Below are positions 21,824-32,469 of a stretch of DNA of 64,000 nt, one piece after another. The stretch comes from Longimicrobiales bacterium. GTDB lineage: Bacteria; Gemmatimonadota; Gemmatimonadetes; Longimicrobiales; Gaopeijiaceae. The translations under genes and the position numbers were made by a program. Numbering within the stretch: position 1 is the stretch's first letter; each line of letters opens with the position of its first letter. The DNA is taken from positions 544,001 to 608,000 of the forward strand of contig CBDDCX010000007.1 of NCBI GenBank assembly GCA_965226375.1, read 5' to 3'. The notes beneath the pieces were generated by a model. The model saw only the letters and a program-made list of their open reading frames with translations. It was not told the origin of the DNA and did no database searches.

Positions 21824-22885
21824 ATGGAAAATTTTCTGAGCCAATCGTTCTTGGGAAACACCGCTCTGGAGTGGATCATAGGGTTTGGCGTCGCGGTAGG
21901 TGTGTGGGTTGCGGTTCGAATCGCGGTCCGGATTTTGTTGAACCGGATGAAAGCGCTGGCTGCCAAGACCGAGACCGACATAGACGATCTCGTAACCGAG
22001 CTTCTCGAGAAGACGAAGGGGCTCTTCGTTGCCCTGGTCGCGCTCTACGCCGGTGCCCGCAGCCTTCAACTTTCGGTCGGGATGGACGCACTGATGACGC
22101 GACTCTTCATCCTCGGCTTCATTATTCAGGGAGCGTATTGGGCGAACGGCATCGTCAACTACATTCTCGGGAGCTGGGCCAAGAAAAAATTCGAGTCGGA
22201 TCCCACCATCACCACGGCACTCGGCTCGGTGGGATTCCTCATCCGACTCGCGGTGTGGGCGACCTTTGGCATGCTGGCCCTGGACAACCTGGGTATCGAC
22301 ATCGGTCCCATGGTGGCTGGACTGGGGATCGGAGGCCTGGCTCTGGGTCTGGCTCTGCAGGGCACGTTGTCCGATCTGTTCGCTTCGTTTTCCATCGTCT
22401 TCGATCGGCCCTTTACGGTGGGCGACTATATCCAGGTCGGCTCGCTGGCGGGCACCGTGGAGCACGTCGGGCTCAAGACCACTCGGGTCAAGTCACTCAC
22501 GGGGGAGCAGCTCGTATTCTCCAATTCGGACCTGCTCGGAAGCCGGATTCAGAATTTCCAACGTCGAGCCGAGCGGCGCTGCGCCTTTACGCTGGGGGTA
22601 ACCTACGATACGAGGCCGGATCAGCTGGAGCGGATTCCTAGTCTGATCCAGGAGATTATCGAAAGTCATGATCACACCCGATTCGATCGGTCTTTTTTCA
22701 TGACGTTCGGCGACTCGGCTCTGAACATCGATACGGTGTACTACATGAACGTCCCGGACTTCGCGACGTACGGAGCCACACACCACTCCATCAACATCGA
22801 GATATTCAAGCGCTTCGCTCAGGAAGGAATCGAGTTCGCGTACCCCACCCAGACGATTCATGTGGAGGGAGTGGGGAGGACCTAG
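21824..22885 (+). CDS. MscS-family mechanosensitive channel
   Basis: AGLGIGGLALGLALQ, DRPFTVGDYI, GLKTTR, GIEFAYPTQT. Confidence 0.92.
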   Translation: MENFLSQSFLGNTALEWIIGFGVAVGVWVAVRIAVRILLNRMKALAAKTETDIDDLVTELLEKTKGLFVALVALYAGARSLQLSVGMDALMTRLFILGFIIQGAYWANGIVNYILGSWAKKKFESDPTITTALGSVGFLIRLAVWATFGMLALDNLGIDIGPMVAGLGIGGLALGLALQGTLSDLFASFSIVFDRPFTVGDYIQVGSLAGTVEHVGLKTTRVKSLTGEQLVFSNSDLLGSRIQNFQRRAERRCAFTLGVTYDTRPDQLERIPSLIQEIIESHDHTRFDRSFFMTFGDSALNIDTVYYMNVPDFATYGATHHSINIEIFKRFAQEGIEFAYPTQTIHVEGVGRT

Positions 22886-23001
22886 GGGGTCCTTGGGGAG
22901 GACCTGGGCGTCCTCGGAGAGGACCTAGGGGGTCCTTGGGGAGGACCTGGGGCGTCCTCGGGGAGGACCTGGGCGTCCTCGGGGAGGACCTGGGCGTCCT
23001 C
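22873..23001. repeat. Six tandem 21-22 bp palindromic units GGGGAGGACCTGGGCGTCCTC-like
   Basis: Units start at 22873, 22895, 22916, 22938, 22960, 22981; each has an AGGAC...GTCCT stem. Confidence 0.9.
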
Positions 23002-24219
23002 GTTGCCGCCGGGCACCAACATGACGTACTCGACACGGCGGCCTCGCATCTTCGTGATACGGAGCCGTCCGCCTTCGACTTCCACGACGTCTCCGACCTG
23101 CCCCACACGGTTCAGGGCCCCGAACACGAAACCGCCCAGGGTGTCGTGGGGATCTTCGGGCAGGTTGAGGCTCAAGTGGTCGTTCACCTCTCGGACGGGG
23201 ACGCCTCCCCAGATCCGAACGTAGCCGTCCGCTAGCTCCTGAAAGTGGAGGGGCTCGTCCTCTTCATGCTCGTCCTGAATCTCTCCGATGATTTCTTCGA
23301 TGAGATCCTCCAGGGTCACCAACCCCGCCGTACCCCCGAACTCGTCCACGACGATGGCCATCTTGGTCCTATTGGTGCGCATCTGGGGAATGAGGTCCTC
23401 TACCAGCTTGGTGGTCGGTACGAACTGGATCGGACGCACGAGGGCTGAGAAGTCCTCCAGGCCGTCCCGATCACCACGCCAGAGGTCCCGGGCCACGAGC
23501 AGCCCTTCGATCTTGTCGAGCGAATCCTGATAGACGGGCACACGGAGATGTCCCTCATCGAGCATGACGGCCATGGCCTCCCGGACCGAGGCGCGGCCCG
23601 GCACCGCGATCATGTCGGTCCTGGGTGTCATGACCTCCCCGACCGTGACCTCGTCGAGACGGATGACGTTGGTTACCACCTTCCACTCGTCCTCGTCGAT
23701 GGTGCCCTCGCTGTAACCGATTTGCGCCAGTACCTCGAGCTCAGCGCGGCTGGTCGTCGAGCCCTTGGAGCCTCGGAGCATCTGGCTGAAGAGGTTGAGG
23801 GGCACCAAGATCGGCTTCATCAGGAAGACCATCCAATGCAGGACGTAGGCAGATGGTCTTGCGAGCTTCTGCCAGAACACGGCCCCGATCGTCTTGGGCA
23901 CGATTTCGGAAAAGAGCAGGATGATCAGGGTCAGTACCCCGGTGAACACCCCGATCCAGGCCTCGCCGAAGACACGGGCAGCGATGGAGCCGCCGAGCGC
24001 CGCGCCTGCTGTATGTGCAATGGTGTTGAGTGTCAGGATCGCCGCGATAGGCTCGTCGATCCTGTCTCGCATTACGCTCAGATAGTCCCCGGCTTTGGAC
24101 CCCTGCTCGCGGAGAAGCTCCACAGAGGAGTGTGTCACAGAGAGGAGTACGGCTTCCAGGATGGAACAAAGGAAGGAGACGGAGAGGGATACCCCGAGGA
24201 CCCACAGCAGTGTTGTCAT
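22882..24219 (-). CDS. CNNM/CorC (hemolysin-family) transporter with CBS and CorC domains
   Basis: CSILEAVLLS, SEIVPKTIG, VMTPR, VDEFGGTAGLVTLEDLIEEIIGEI.DE. Confidence 0.92.
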   Translation of the reverse strand: MTTLLWVLGVSLSVSFLCSILEAVLLSVTHSSVELLREQGSKAGDYLSVMRDRIDEPIAAILTLNTIAHTAGAALGGSIAARVFGEAWIGVFTGVLTLIILLFSEIVPKTIGAVFWQKLARPSAYVLHWMVFLMKPILVPLNLFSQMLRGSKGSTTSRAELEVLAQIGYSEGTIDEDEWKVVTNVIRLDEVTVGEVMTPRTDMIAVPGRASVREAMAVMLDEGHLRVPVYQDSLDKIEGLLVARDLWRGDRDGLEDFSALVRPIQFVPTTKLVEDLIPQMRTNRTKMAIVVDEFGGTAGLVTLEDLIEEIIGEIQDEHEEDEPLHFQELADGYVRIWGGVPVREVNDHLSLNLPEDPHDTLGGFVFGALNRVGQVGDVVEVEGGRLRITKMRGRRVEYVMLVPGGNEDAQVLPEDAQVLPEDAPGPPQGPPRSSPRTPRSSPRTP

Positions 24220-24379
24220 ACACGCACAGTATTGGAGGAAGACAGGGCCAAAGACAAGGGCGAGCGGGCCTGGCGCCTACTGCCGGGTCGCCCTACTCTT
24301 CGCCGAGATCCGGCAGATCACCCGGGTTCGCTCGCAAAAACCGTGATTTGTTTCCGCTCCAGGGGATGTCGGCCCGTCG

Positions 24380-25832
24380 ATGATTGTGCATGCCAGGAAA
24401 GACACTTCCTTCGAGGCCCACCCCATCGAAGAGGTGGAGCGTGCGCTCAATCTGGAGGAGGCTGACCGCGAGGACCTGCAGGGGCTATACCGCTTCAACA
24501 CCGTCCGGGTCCCGGCTCTTCGCTTAATCGGGTCCAACGTCCTTCTGTTTGTCGTGGCGGTTCACAACCTCCTCGTTTTCGGGGAGCTGGATTTTGCCAC
24601 CTACTTGCCCCTGGTCATCGGCCTGGAGCTCTACTGTCTCGTCTCCTGGGGATTGCTGCGGGTGTACTTCACCCGTGTCTCGGCTGTCCACCTGGGGGAC
24701 ATTTTTCTTGTCTTCGATCTCGTTATGTGGAGCTGGGCCATCTCCGCCAGCGGGGGGGCGCAGAGCTTGCTTTGGCCAGTGTTTCTGCTGCATACCGCGG
24801 ATCAGCTCTGGCTGAACCGGGCGCGAGCCCGGGTGATGGCGGGACTGGGGCCGCTGGCCTATGCGGGGCTGCTGGCCTATTGGGCGTTGGTGGCGGGCCA
24901 GGATGTGGTGTGGGGCGCCGAGGCGGCCAAGCTGATCGTGCTCGTCACCATGAACATCTTCATGGTGCTCGTGGCCGAAGGCCCATGGCACCAACGAGAG
25001 AGAACGCATGCGGCCAGAGACCTCATTCTTCGGCTCGAAGAACAGTCGGGGGAACTCGATGCCGCCCGGCGTCGCGCAGAGGCAGCCAATGAAGCCAAGA
25101 GTGAGTTCCTGGGCAGGATGAGCCATGAGCTGCGCACCCCTCTCCACTCGGTGTTGGGGTTCACGAACGTCCTGCTCAGAAACAAACACCTGAGCCTCGA
25201 GTCCCGCGACCTGGATTACCTGCAGCGCATACGCGTCAACGCGATGCACCTGCTGAATCTGATCAACGACCTGCTGGATCTGGCGCGCATCGAAGAAGGG
25301 GGCCTCAAGTTGGAGCTAAGCGAGGTGGATGCGGCGTCTCTTATCCGCGAGACGGTCGAGCAACTCGACGATTGGGGGCTGATGGACGACGTGGCCGTCC
25401 AGGTCGAGACGCCGGACCACGGCCATCCTATTCGGGCGGATGAATCGCGGCTGCGTCAGGTATTGATCAAGCTCATCGGGAACGCCATCAAGTTCACGGA
25501 TGAGGGATCCATCACCGTGATTATGGACACGGTCGACCGAGTTCCGAAGGCGATCCGTGTGGAAGACACCGGTGTGGGCATTCCCTCGGATCGCTTGGCC
25601 ACGATTTTCGACGCATTCGAGCAGGGCGACGGTAGCACCACACGGGTCCACTACGGCGCCGGCCTGGGGTTGGCTGATCTCCCGGTCACTGTGCGAGCTC
25701 ATGGGAATGCAGCTCTCGGCCCAGAGCACGCTTGGTGAGGGATCGACGTTCACGATTACGATCCCCGAGCGCCTGGTCGTGAAGGAGAACCTGTCGCCGG
25801 CCGAGGACGTGTCGCCTACCGCCGGTGGCTGA
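24380..25832 (+). pseudogene. Membrane sensor histidine kinase with +1 frameshift at ~25674 (or sequencing error)
   Basis: MSHELRTPL H-box, GNAIKFT, DTGVGI, GAGLGL then frame change to ISRSLCELMG...GEGSTFTITIP. Confidence 0.75.
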
Positions 25833-28800
25833 GCGCCGCGGTCCCCGGTTTGCGCTGCTTGAGTCCCTTGGCCGATCAGCCAAGGCCCACCCCCTCTCCC
25901 GGAAAATCCTGATATCGACCACGTTCGGAGAGGGCAGTGAGCTTCTCCGTGCGCTCGCGCTACACGAGGAGAGTTGGGCGGGTTTCGAGGTCACCACGCC
26001 GGGCCGGCTGGCGGCCCAGATCGCCGGCCCGGACCTGGCCTCCCGAGGGCTGGCGACCCTCGACCCGTTCGGTCAAAGGGCGCTGGTGGATCGCGCTATG
26101 GATGGAGTGTTTGCGACGGACGAGTGGCCCGAGCTCGGGGTTCTCGAGCATGGTGTGGGCTTTCGCGAAGCGGTCCTGGGGGTGGTGTCGGCCCTCCGGC
26201 TGGCCGGAGTGGCCCCGGCCTCCGTTGCTGGGGCGTCGGCGCGCCGAGGTTTCCTGGCCGAGGTACTTGATTCGTACGAGACCACCTTGGCCGAGCGAGA
26301 GTTGGCGGATCCCGCCGAGGTGCTGCGCCGGGCCACGGAGGTCGTCACCCGCGGCGGTTCGAGCGACGCGGACGGAGCCGTCCTTCTGCTCTTGCCCGGA
26401 CTGAGTTCAAGGGGTGTCACCGGGCGCTTCGTCGAGGTCCTGCAGGAGCGAGGCGCAACGGTTCTCGCTACCGATCCGGTCGTGGGGATACATGCTCCCG
26501 CGACGATCGTTTGGAAGGCGGTTCCGGCGAGGGGCCGCTTCTCATTCCTTCACGCCCCGGATCAGGCGCCGGAGACGGATGCACTACCCGATGTTGAGAT
26601 GTTCTCGGCGGCCAGCGTCCGCGACGAGCTCCGCGAGGTGCTGCGGCGCACGATGTCGAGTGGGCGCCGCTGGGACGACATCGAGATCGTCACTCCCGAT
26701 CCGAATACGTACGGTGCGGTCCTGGACGCCCTCTCCCATCAGTTGAGGATCCCCTGCAGCTTCGGTGTGGGACTGGCCATCGGACGCACCCGGCCGGGCC
26801 GGGCCATGGACGGCTACCTACGCTGGATCGAGAACGGGTTTCCGGCGGAGGTGCTGCGAGGCCTCCTCGAGGCCGGTGACCTCGAGGCTCCGGCCGAATA
26901 CGAAGGTGTGTCCTCCGCGGCGTTGTCCCGCAGGCTGCGGCGACTGCGTGTCGGATGGGGCCGCTCCCGCTATCTGCCCGCTATCCGGGCCGCGCTGGCA
27001 CTCGCGCAAGAGGAGGTGGAAGGCCACAACGTGAAGCCCTTCCGCGATGAGGCGCCTGAAGAGGCTCAAGCGCGCGGAGAGCAGCGTGTGCGGGAGTTGA
27101 AGGCTCTCGAGTCGCTCGTCGCTGTTCTCGACCAGGCCACCCCATGGACTCCCCGACCTCTCGTGCTGGATGGCGGAAGCGTATCGGCGGCGGAGCTGGC
27201 CCGAGGGGTCCAGGTTTTCTTGCGACTCGTGCCGGAAGGCGAGGGGGCAGACGTGGTGGGACGTGAAGACCTGCTCGGTCGCCTGGCCCGCATCTCCGAG
27301 ACGCTCACTCGGAAGACGTCGTTCGATGCGGCAATGGCCGCGCTTCGCAGTCACCTCGATATTCGGGTCCGAGCCGCGTGGGACGAAGGATCCCCCCCAT
27401 GGAAGTCCACGGGCGGGCACGTCCATCTCACCGACCTGGCCCACGGAGGATATACCGGGAGAGGGACCACGTTCATCGTGGGACTGGATGCCGGTCGCTT
27501 TCCGGGAGCCGGCGCCCAGGACCCGGTGCTTCTCGATGTCGATCGCAGGGAACTGGCCTCGGACCTGCCGACTTCAGCGGACAGGCTCTCCGAGCGGCGG
27601 TTTCAGCTAGCTGCGCTCCTGGCCAGGACCCGGGGACGTGTGACCGCGAGTTATACCGCCTGGGACTCAGCTGAGGCCCGTGTCGTTCAGCCATCGACCG
27701 TGCTTCTCGACATGTTCAGGCTCTGGAAAGGTCGGCCCGAAGCCACGTTCGAAGATTTCCACGAAACGGTGGGAGAGCCCGTCTGTGCGATTCCGCGCTC
27801 GGGGCCCTTGGATGGTATCGACGTGTGGCTCGACGCGTTGGCTGGTGACAGCGGCTTCCTCCGTGGCGAAGAGGCGTTGGCGGAGGCTTTTCCCGGATTA
27901 CGTTCCGGATTGGAGGCCAGAGCACAGCGGGCAATGGACGAGGCGTCGGCTCATCACGGGTTGGTGACACCCCGTGCCGAAGTCATGGACCCGCGTGCGA
28001 ACCCGCTCATCGTGGTCTCAGCGACGCGACTCGAGGCTCTGGGTGCCTGCCCACTCAGGTACCTACTTCGGTACGGCATCGGTCTGCGTCCTCCCGACGA
28101 TCCGTCGCTCGACCCGGAGCGATGGTTGGATCACATGCAACGAGGCGCCTTCCTCCATCGGGTCTTCGAGAGAGTACTGACCACGGCTCGGGAGACGGAT
28201 ATCGAGCCGGAGGACCCTGCCTTCCTCGACGTGGGGATTGCCGTTTTGGAGCGGGAAGCCGAACGGCTGAGAACTACGGTGCCGGTTCCCAATGAGGCCG
28301 TGTACGCGCATGGGTTGGCGCTCCTCAGAGAGGATATCCGATCCTTCACGGACTTCGTGCGAGAACGCGGAGCGCCGTGGGTACGGCTCGAGATGAAGTT
28401 CGGCCGGGACGATTCGCCTCCGGTGGAAGTGGGGGTAGGTGAGGACTCGATCTCGGTTCAAGGTGCCATAGACCGGGTCGATCGAGACGAAGAGGGTCTT
28501 CACATTCTGGACTACAAGACCGGTGGTCTCTACGGGTTCACGCCCGCATCGGCCGTGTTCAACGGCGGTCGAAGAATGCAGCACGTGATCTACGCGGAGG
28601 TCGCGGAGAGAGTGCTGGATGAGGGAGTGGCGGACATCTCGTACGCCTTCCCGACCGCCCGCGGGCAAAACGACGCACGAACGTTCACCCGTGAGGAGGT
28701 GCGTTCTGGGGTGGAGTTGCTCGGGGTGATGCTGGACCAGGTGGCTGCGGGGCGACTTCTGCCGACCAACGACCCGTCGGACTGCGGCATCTGTGACTTC

Positions 28801-28935
28801 CGGCCCGTGTGCAAAGTCACCGATAGTGACTGGAACTATACGTCACCGTTGGCCGAGTGGGGGGAGCGCAACATGCTTCTCCTCCGGGAATACGCCGGGC
28901 TCCGCCGCATCCGGACCTGGGAGGATACGCGGTGA
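25825..28935 (+). CDS. addB: AddB/RexB-like PD-(D/E)XK nuclease subunit
   Basis: SATRLE..GACP, RG.FLH, GAIDRVD, ILDYKTG, C-terminal CGICDFRPVC (Fe-S staple pattern). Confidence 0.8.
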   Translation: MAERRGPRFALLESLGRSAKAHPLSRKILISTTFGEGSELLRALALHEESWAGFEVTTPGRLAAQIAGPDLASRGLATLDPFGQRALVDRAMDGVFATDEWPELGVLEHGVGFREAVLGVVSALRLAGVAPASVAGASARRGFLAEVLDSYETTLAERELADPAEVLRRATEVVTRGGSSDADGAVLLLLPGLSSRGVTGRFVEVLQERGATVLATDPVVGIHAPATIVWKAVPARGRFSFLHAPDQAPETDALPDVEMFSAASVRDELREVLRRTMSSGRRWDDIEIVTPDPNTYGAVLDALSHQLRIPCSFGVGLAIGRTRPGRAMDGYLRWIENGFPAEVLRGLLEAGDLEAPAEYEGVSSAALSRRLRRLRVGWGRSRYLPAIRAALALAQEEVEGHNVKPFRDEAPEEAQARGEQRVRELKALESLVAVLDQATPWTPRPLVLDGGSVSAAELARGVQVFLRLVPEGEGADVVGREDLLGRLARISETLTRKTSFDAAMAALRSHLDIRVRAAWDEGSPPWKSTGGHVHLTDLAHGGYTGRGTTFIVGLDAGRFPGAGAQDPVLLDVDRRELASDLPTSADRLSERRFQLAALLARTRGRVTASYTAWDSAEARVVQPSTVLLDMFRLWKGRPEATFEDFHETVGEPVCAIPRSGPLDGIDVWLDALAGDSGFLRGEEALAEAFPGLRSGLEARAQRAMDEASAHHGLVTPRAEVMDPRANPLIVVSATRLEALGACPLRYLLRYGIGLRPPDDPSLDPERWLDHMQRGAFLHRVFERVLTTARETDIEPEDPAFLDVGIAVLEREAERLRTTVPVPNEAVYAHGLALLREDIRSFTDFVRERGAPWVRLEMKFGRDDSPPVEVGVGEDSISVQGAIDRVDRDEEGLHILDYKTGGLYGFTPASAVFNGGRRMQHVIYAEVAERVLDEGVADISYAFPTARGQNDARTFTREEVRSGVELLGVMLDQVAAGRLLPTNDPSDCGICDFRPVCKVTDSDWNYTSPLAEWGERNMLLLREYAGLRRIRTWEDTR

Positions 28936-31900
28936 CCGAATTGCGCCTTCCGGACCAGTCCGCCAGGGACGACATCGACACCGATCTGGATACGAACATC
29001 CTGGTCGAGGCGGGAGCCGGTTCCGGGAAAACGACGTCGCTGCTGCGCCGCATGGTGGGGCTGATCCGGTCGGGCACCGCTTTGGCACCGGAGATCGCCG
29101 CGGTGACGTTCACCCGCAAGGCTGCAGGCGAGCTGCGCGAGCGCTTTCAGGAAGAGCTCGAGAAGGAGCTCGTGGCCGGTGCACCTGGTTCGGACGAATC
29201 AGTCAGGTTGCGGCAGGCGCTGTCGTCTTTGGACCAGTTATTCATAGGGACCATCCACGCGTTCTGCGCGAGACTCCTCCGGGAACGACCGCTTGAGGCG
29301 GGGCTCGACCCCGGGTTTCAGGAGCTGACGGAAGAAGCTTCGGTCAAGTTCACCACAGGCTTCTGGGCTGCACACCTGGAGCGCCTCGCCGCTGATGGCG
29401 ATCCGATCCTGGAGCACCTCTCCGACGTAGGGCTTCACCCTGGACAACTCGAGCGTCTGTTCAAGGAAGTCGGTGAGCAGCCCGACGTGGAGTTTCCGTC
29501 CGAGGACGTGGCACGGCCGGACGCGGGGGAGGTCTCGGCCGTGCGAGAGGAGCTGATCCGCCTCATGGGTCAGGCGGAGGAGCTCATGCCTGACGCCGAG
29601 CCCCTGAAGGGGTGGGACGAGGTGCAGAGGAAGGTGAACACGCTCCGGTATTCGCTCGCCGTCATCGGCTGGGACACCGATGTAGCGTTCTTCAAGGCTC
29701 TCTCGGAAATGGCGCGTCGTAAGGCGTACAAGGCGACTCAGAACCAGTGGTCGGAAGATCCGGCCGTCAAAGCCAGGGCCAAGGCTTTGGGCGAGGCGTT
29801 CTCGGACTTCGTCGCGGAGGATTCAGCGTCGCAGCGTCTGCTGTTGCAATGGCGGATGCACCGGTACGCCGTAGCGATTCGCATGGTCGTTGGAGCGGCC
29901 CGGGCGTGGGAAGCGGAGAGACTGCGCACCGGGCGGCTCAACTTTCAGGATCTCCTGATGTTCACTGTGGGTCTCCTGCGCTCCAGCGCGGATGCCCGCC
30001 GCCAGCTTGGCCTCCGATACCGCAGGGTCCTGGTGGACGAGTTTCAGGACACGGATCCCGTGCAGGCGGAGATTCTCATGCTGCTGGCGGCGGAGCCGCG
30101 CACTGGTGCGGCCGATACGCCGTCTGGCGATGCCTCGGTGGAACCGAACGACGGGCCGGCCGCCGAGCAATGGCTGGAAGTGGCACCGCGTCCCGGTGCC
30201 CTTTTCGTGGTCGGGGACCCGAAACAGAGTATCTACCGATTCCGCAGGGCCGATATCACGGTGTACAACGCGGTCAAAGATCGCTTCGAGTCCTTCGGCC
30301 GTGTGCTGGGTTTGGAGGCCAATTTTCGCTCGGTGTCGGGAATTGCTGCGCTCGTAAACGATGTCTTCGAGCACGGGGAGGCCTTCCCGCCCCAGGCGAC
30401 GGCGTATCAGGCGGCCTTCGCCCCGCTCCTGCCACAGCGGGCAAATCGTGACGACAGGCCCGACGGAGTCTTCCACTATTTGATCGAGGAGACGACCAGG
30501 GACGATCTGGTGTCGGAGGACGCCGGCCGGCTCGCCACGTGGGTGAGCCGGCGTTGCCGGCAAGGAGGCGATCGTAAGCCGGGAGACTTCCTGATCCTGA
30601 CCAAGTATCGGAAGGACCTCGAGCCCTACGCTCGAGAGCTCGAGGCTCGGGGTTTGCCTGTGGCTCTCTCGGGTGTCTCGGTAGGGCAGGAAGAGGAGAT
30701 CTCGGAGTTGGTCTGCCTTCTGGAATGTCTGGCTGATCCGACGGACTCGGTGAAGCTGGCGTCCGTGCTGGTCGGGCTTTTCTTCGGTCTCGACTTCGAG
30801 CAGCTACTGGACCACCGGGTAAAGGGCGGCCGTTTTACGCTCACGTCCCTGCACAACCAGCCGGAGACGGACGTGACCATGGCCCTCCGACGTCTCCACC
30901 GATGGTGGGACGCCACTCGTCGGGCCCCCGCGGACGGCGTGCTGGCCCGTATCGCGGATGAAATCGGGCTTCTCCCCCACGCCGCGTCGGGTCCGCTCGG
31001 ACAGATCCGCGCGGGAGCCCTCTTGTACGTTCTCGACGCGGTGGCGTCATCGACCCTGGAAGGCAGCACGTCCATCGCAGGGGCACTTGGTGCGGTTCGT
31101 CTGGCGCTCGACGCCAAGGAGCCCGAGGCGCCGCTCCAGCCGGGACGCACGGACGCCGTACGTGTCATGAACATCCACAAGGCCAAGGGGCTCCAAGCCC
31201 CCGTCGTCGTGCTGGCCGCGCCTGTGGCGGACAGGAGGAGAGATCCGGAGCACCACGTCTCCAGGCTGGACGACGGGAGGGCCGCCGGATATCTGGTCGT
31301 GCAAACGCGCGAGGGGTGGACCAGAACGATTCACGCGATGCCTCCAGACTGGTTCGAGCGAGAAGCCGAGGAGCGACGTTTTGGCGAGGCGGAGGGTGTG
31401 CGTCTCATGTATGTCGCCGCCACACGCGCGCAAGACGAGCTGGTGGTGGCCAGGAGGGCAGACGGGAAGGGCACATCCCCGTGGGCCCTCCTGGACCCCT
31501 GGCTGGAAGAGCATGGCGCACGGCTGGACTCGATGGTCGCCGAGCCGGCTACCCCCCGTGCCGCTCTCGAAGAGGAGGGCAGGGTGGTACGGGATCGGGG
31601 GGTCGGCGTCGACGTGAGACGGGACAAGAAGGGTCGGCCCGGATATCTGTTTCGGTCCGTCACGTCGGTGGCCAAGGCGACTGAAGAAGGTGAGACGCAG
31701 TTCGTGCTGGAGCTGGGGGCCGGGGGCCCGGAGCAAGCTCCCTCGAGCACTTCGCATGCCGAGTCCGAAGAAGAAGCCGGCGCGTCGGCCCAGGAAGTGA
31801 TGGATGCAGGCGACCCTGCGGTAGCGCAGCGGTCTCGGGGATTCAGTTGGGGAACTGTGGTGCACGGTGCTCTCGCGGCCGCCGCGGGGGGGCTGACGGA

Positions 31901-32357
31901 CGCGGAGCTACGATCGGTCGGCCGCGCCCTTCTCGTGGAGAACGAGCGACCCCTGAACGCGGATGGTGAGCCCGCCGAGGTCGATGAGTTGGTCACGCTC
32001 GTAGAGATGGTATGCAGGTCTCGGCTCTGGGAACGTGCCCGTGCGGCGGAGCAAACCCTGGTAGAGGTGGCGTTCTCGACCAGGGTGCCCGAACTGGAAA
32101 CCGCCGAGAGGTCGGGCAAGGTAGAAACGAAGCGATATGTCGAAGGGGTCATCGATCTCGCTTTCCGGGAGGCCGACGGTTGGACGATCGCCGATTACAA
32201 GACCGATGTGGGCACGGATCCGGATTTTGCGGATCGGAAGTTGGCGTACCGGCGGCAGGTGGACATGTACGCTGCCTGTTGGAGCCGCTTGACCGACGAG
32301 CCGGTCAAGGAGCGGATCATCTTCTACACGGCGCAGCAACACGAGGACGTTTGGTGA
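28932..32357 (+). CDS. addA: AddA-like UvrD helicase-nuclease
   Basis: EAGAGSGKT, TFTRKAA, VDEFQD, VGDPKQSIYRFR, HKAKGLQ, YVAATRA, GVIDL...DYKT. Confidence 0.88.
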   Translation: MTELRLPDQSARDDIDTDLDTNILVEAGAGSGKTTSLLRRMVGLIRSGTALAPEIAAVTFTRKAAGELRERFQEELEKELVAGAPGSDESVRLRQALSSLDQLFIGTIHAFCARLLRERPLEAGLDPGFQELTEEASVKFTTGFWAAHLERLAADGDPILEHLSDVGLHPGQLERLFKEVGEQPDVEFPSEDVARPDAGEVSAVREELIRLMGQAEELMPDAEPLKGWDEVQRKVNTLRYSLAVIGWDTDVAFFKALSEMARRKAYKATQNQWSEDPAVKARAKALGEAFSDFVAEDSASQRLLLQWRMHRYAVAIRMVVGAARAWEAERLRTGRLNFQDLLMFTVGLLRSSADARRQLGLRYRRVLVDEFQDTDPVQAEILMLLAAEPRTGAADTPSGDASVEPNDGPAAEQWLEVAPRPGALFVVGDPKQSIYRFRRADITVYNAVKDRFESFGRVLGLEANFRSVSGIAALVNDVFEHGEAFPPQATAYQAAFAPLLPQRANRDDRPDGVFHYLIEETTRDDLVSEDAGRLATWVSRRCRQGGDRKPGDFLILTKYRKDLEPYARELEARGLPVALSGVSVGQEEEISELVCLLECLADPTDSVKLASVLVGLFFGLDFEQLLDHRVKGGRFTLTSLHNQPETDVTMALRRLHRWWDATRRAPADGVLARIADEIGLLPHAASGPLGQIRAGALLYVLDAVASSTLEGSTSIAGALGAVRLALDAKEPEAPLQPGRTDAVRVMNIHKAKGLQAPVVVLAAPVADRRRDPEHHVSRLDDGRAAGYLVVQTREGWTRTIHAMPPDWFEREAEERRFGEAEGVRLMYVAATRAQDELVVARRADGKGTSPWALLDPWLEEHGARLDSMVAEPATPRAALEEEGRVVRDRGVGVDVRRDKKGRPGYLFRSVTSVAKATEEGETQFVLELGAGGPEQAPSSTSHAESEEEAGASAQEVMDAGDPAVAQRSRGFSWGTVVHGALAAAAGGLTDAELRSVGRALLVENERPLNADGEPAEVDELVTLVEMVCRSRLWERARAAEQTLVEVAFSTRVPELETAERSGKVETKRYVEGVIDLAFREADGWTIADYKTDVGTDPDFADRKLAYRRQVDMYAACWSRLTDEPVKERIIFYTAQQHEDVW

Positions 32358-32469
32358 ACCCATCGATCGGCGCCAGGAGCGTTCGCGGCTGATCCGGTTG
32401 ACGCGAGGCACTGGTACCTAGAAACTGAGTTGTGACCTTTCTACTGGCCCATACTCCGGTGTAACTCTG

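Noticed and set aside
22873..23001. CRISPR array
   Set aside because: Units are contiguous with no unique spacers and there are no cas genes
25825..32357. Novel helicase-nuclease defence system or Cas4
   Set aside because: Order, size and motifs fit the housekeeping AddAB recombination complex
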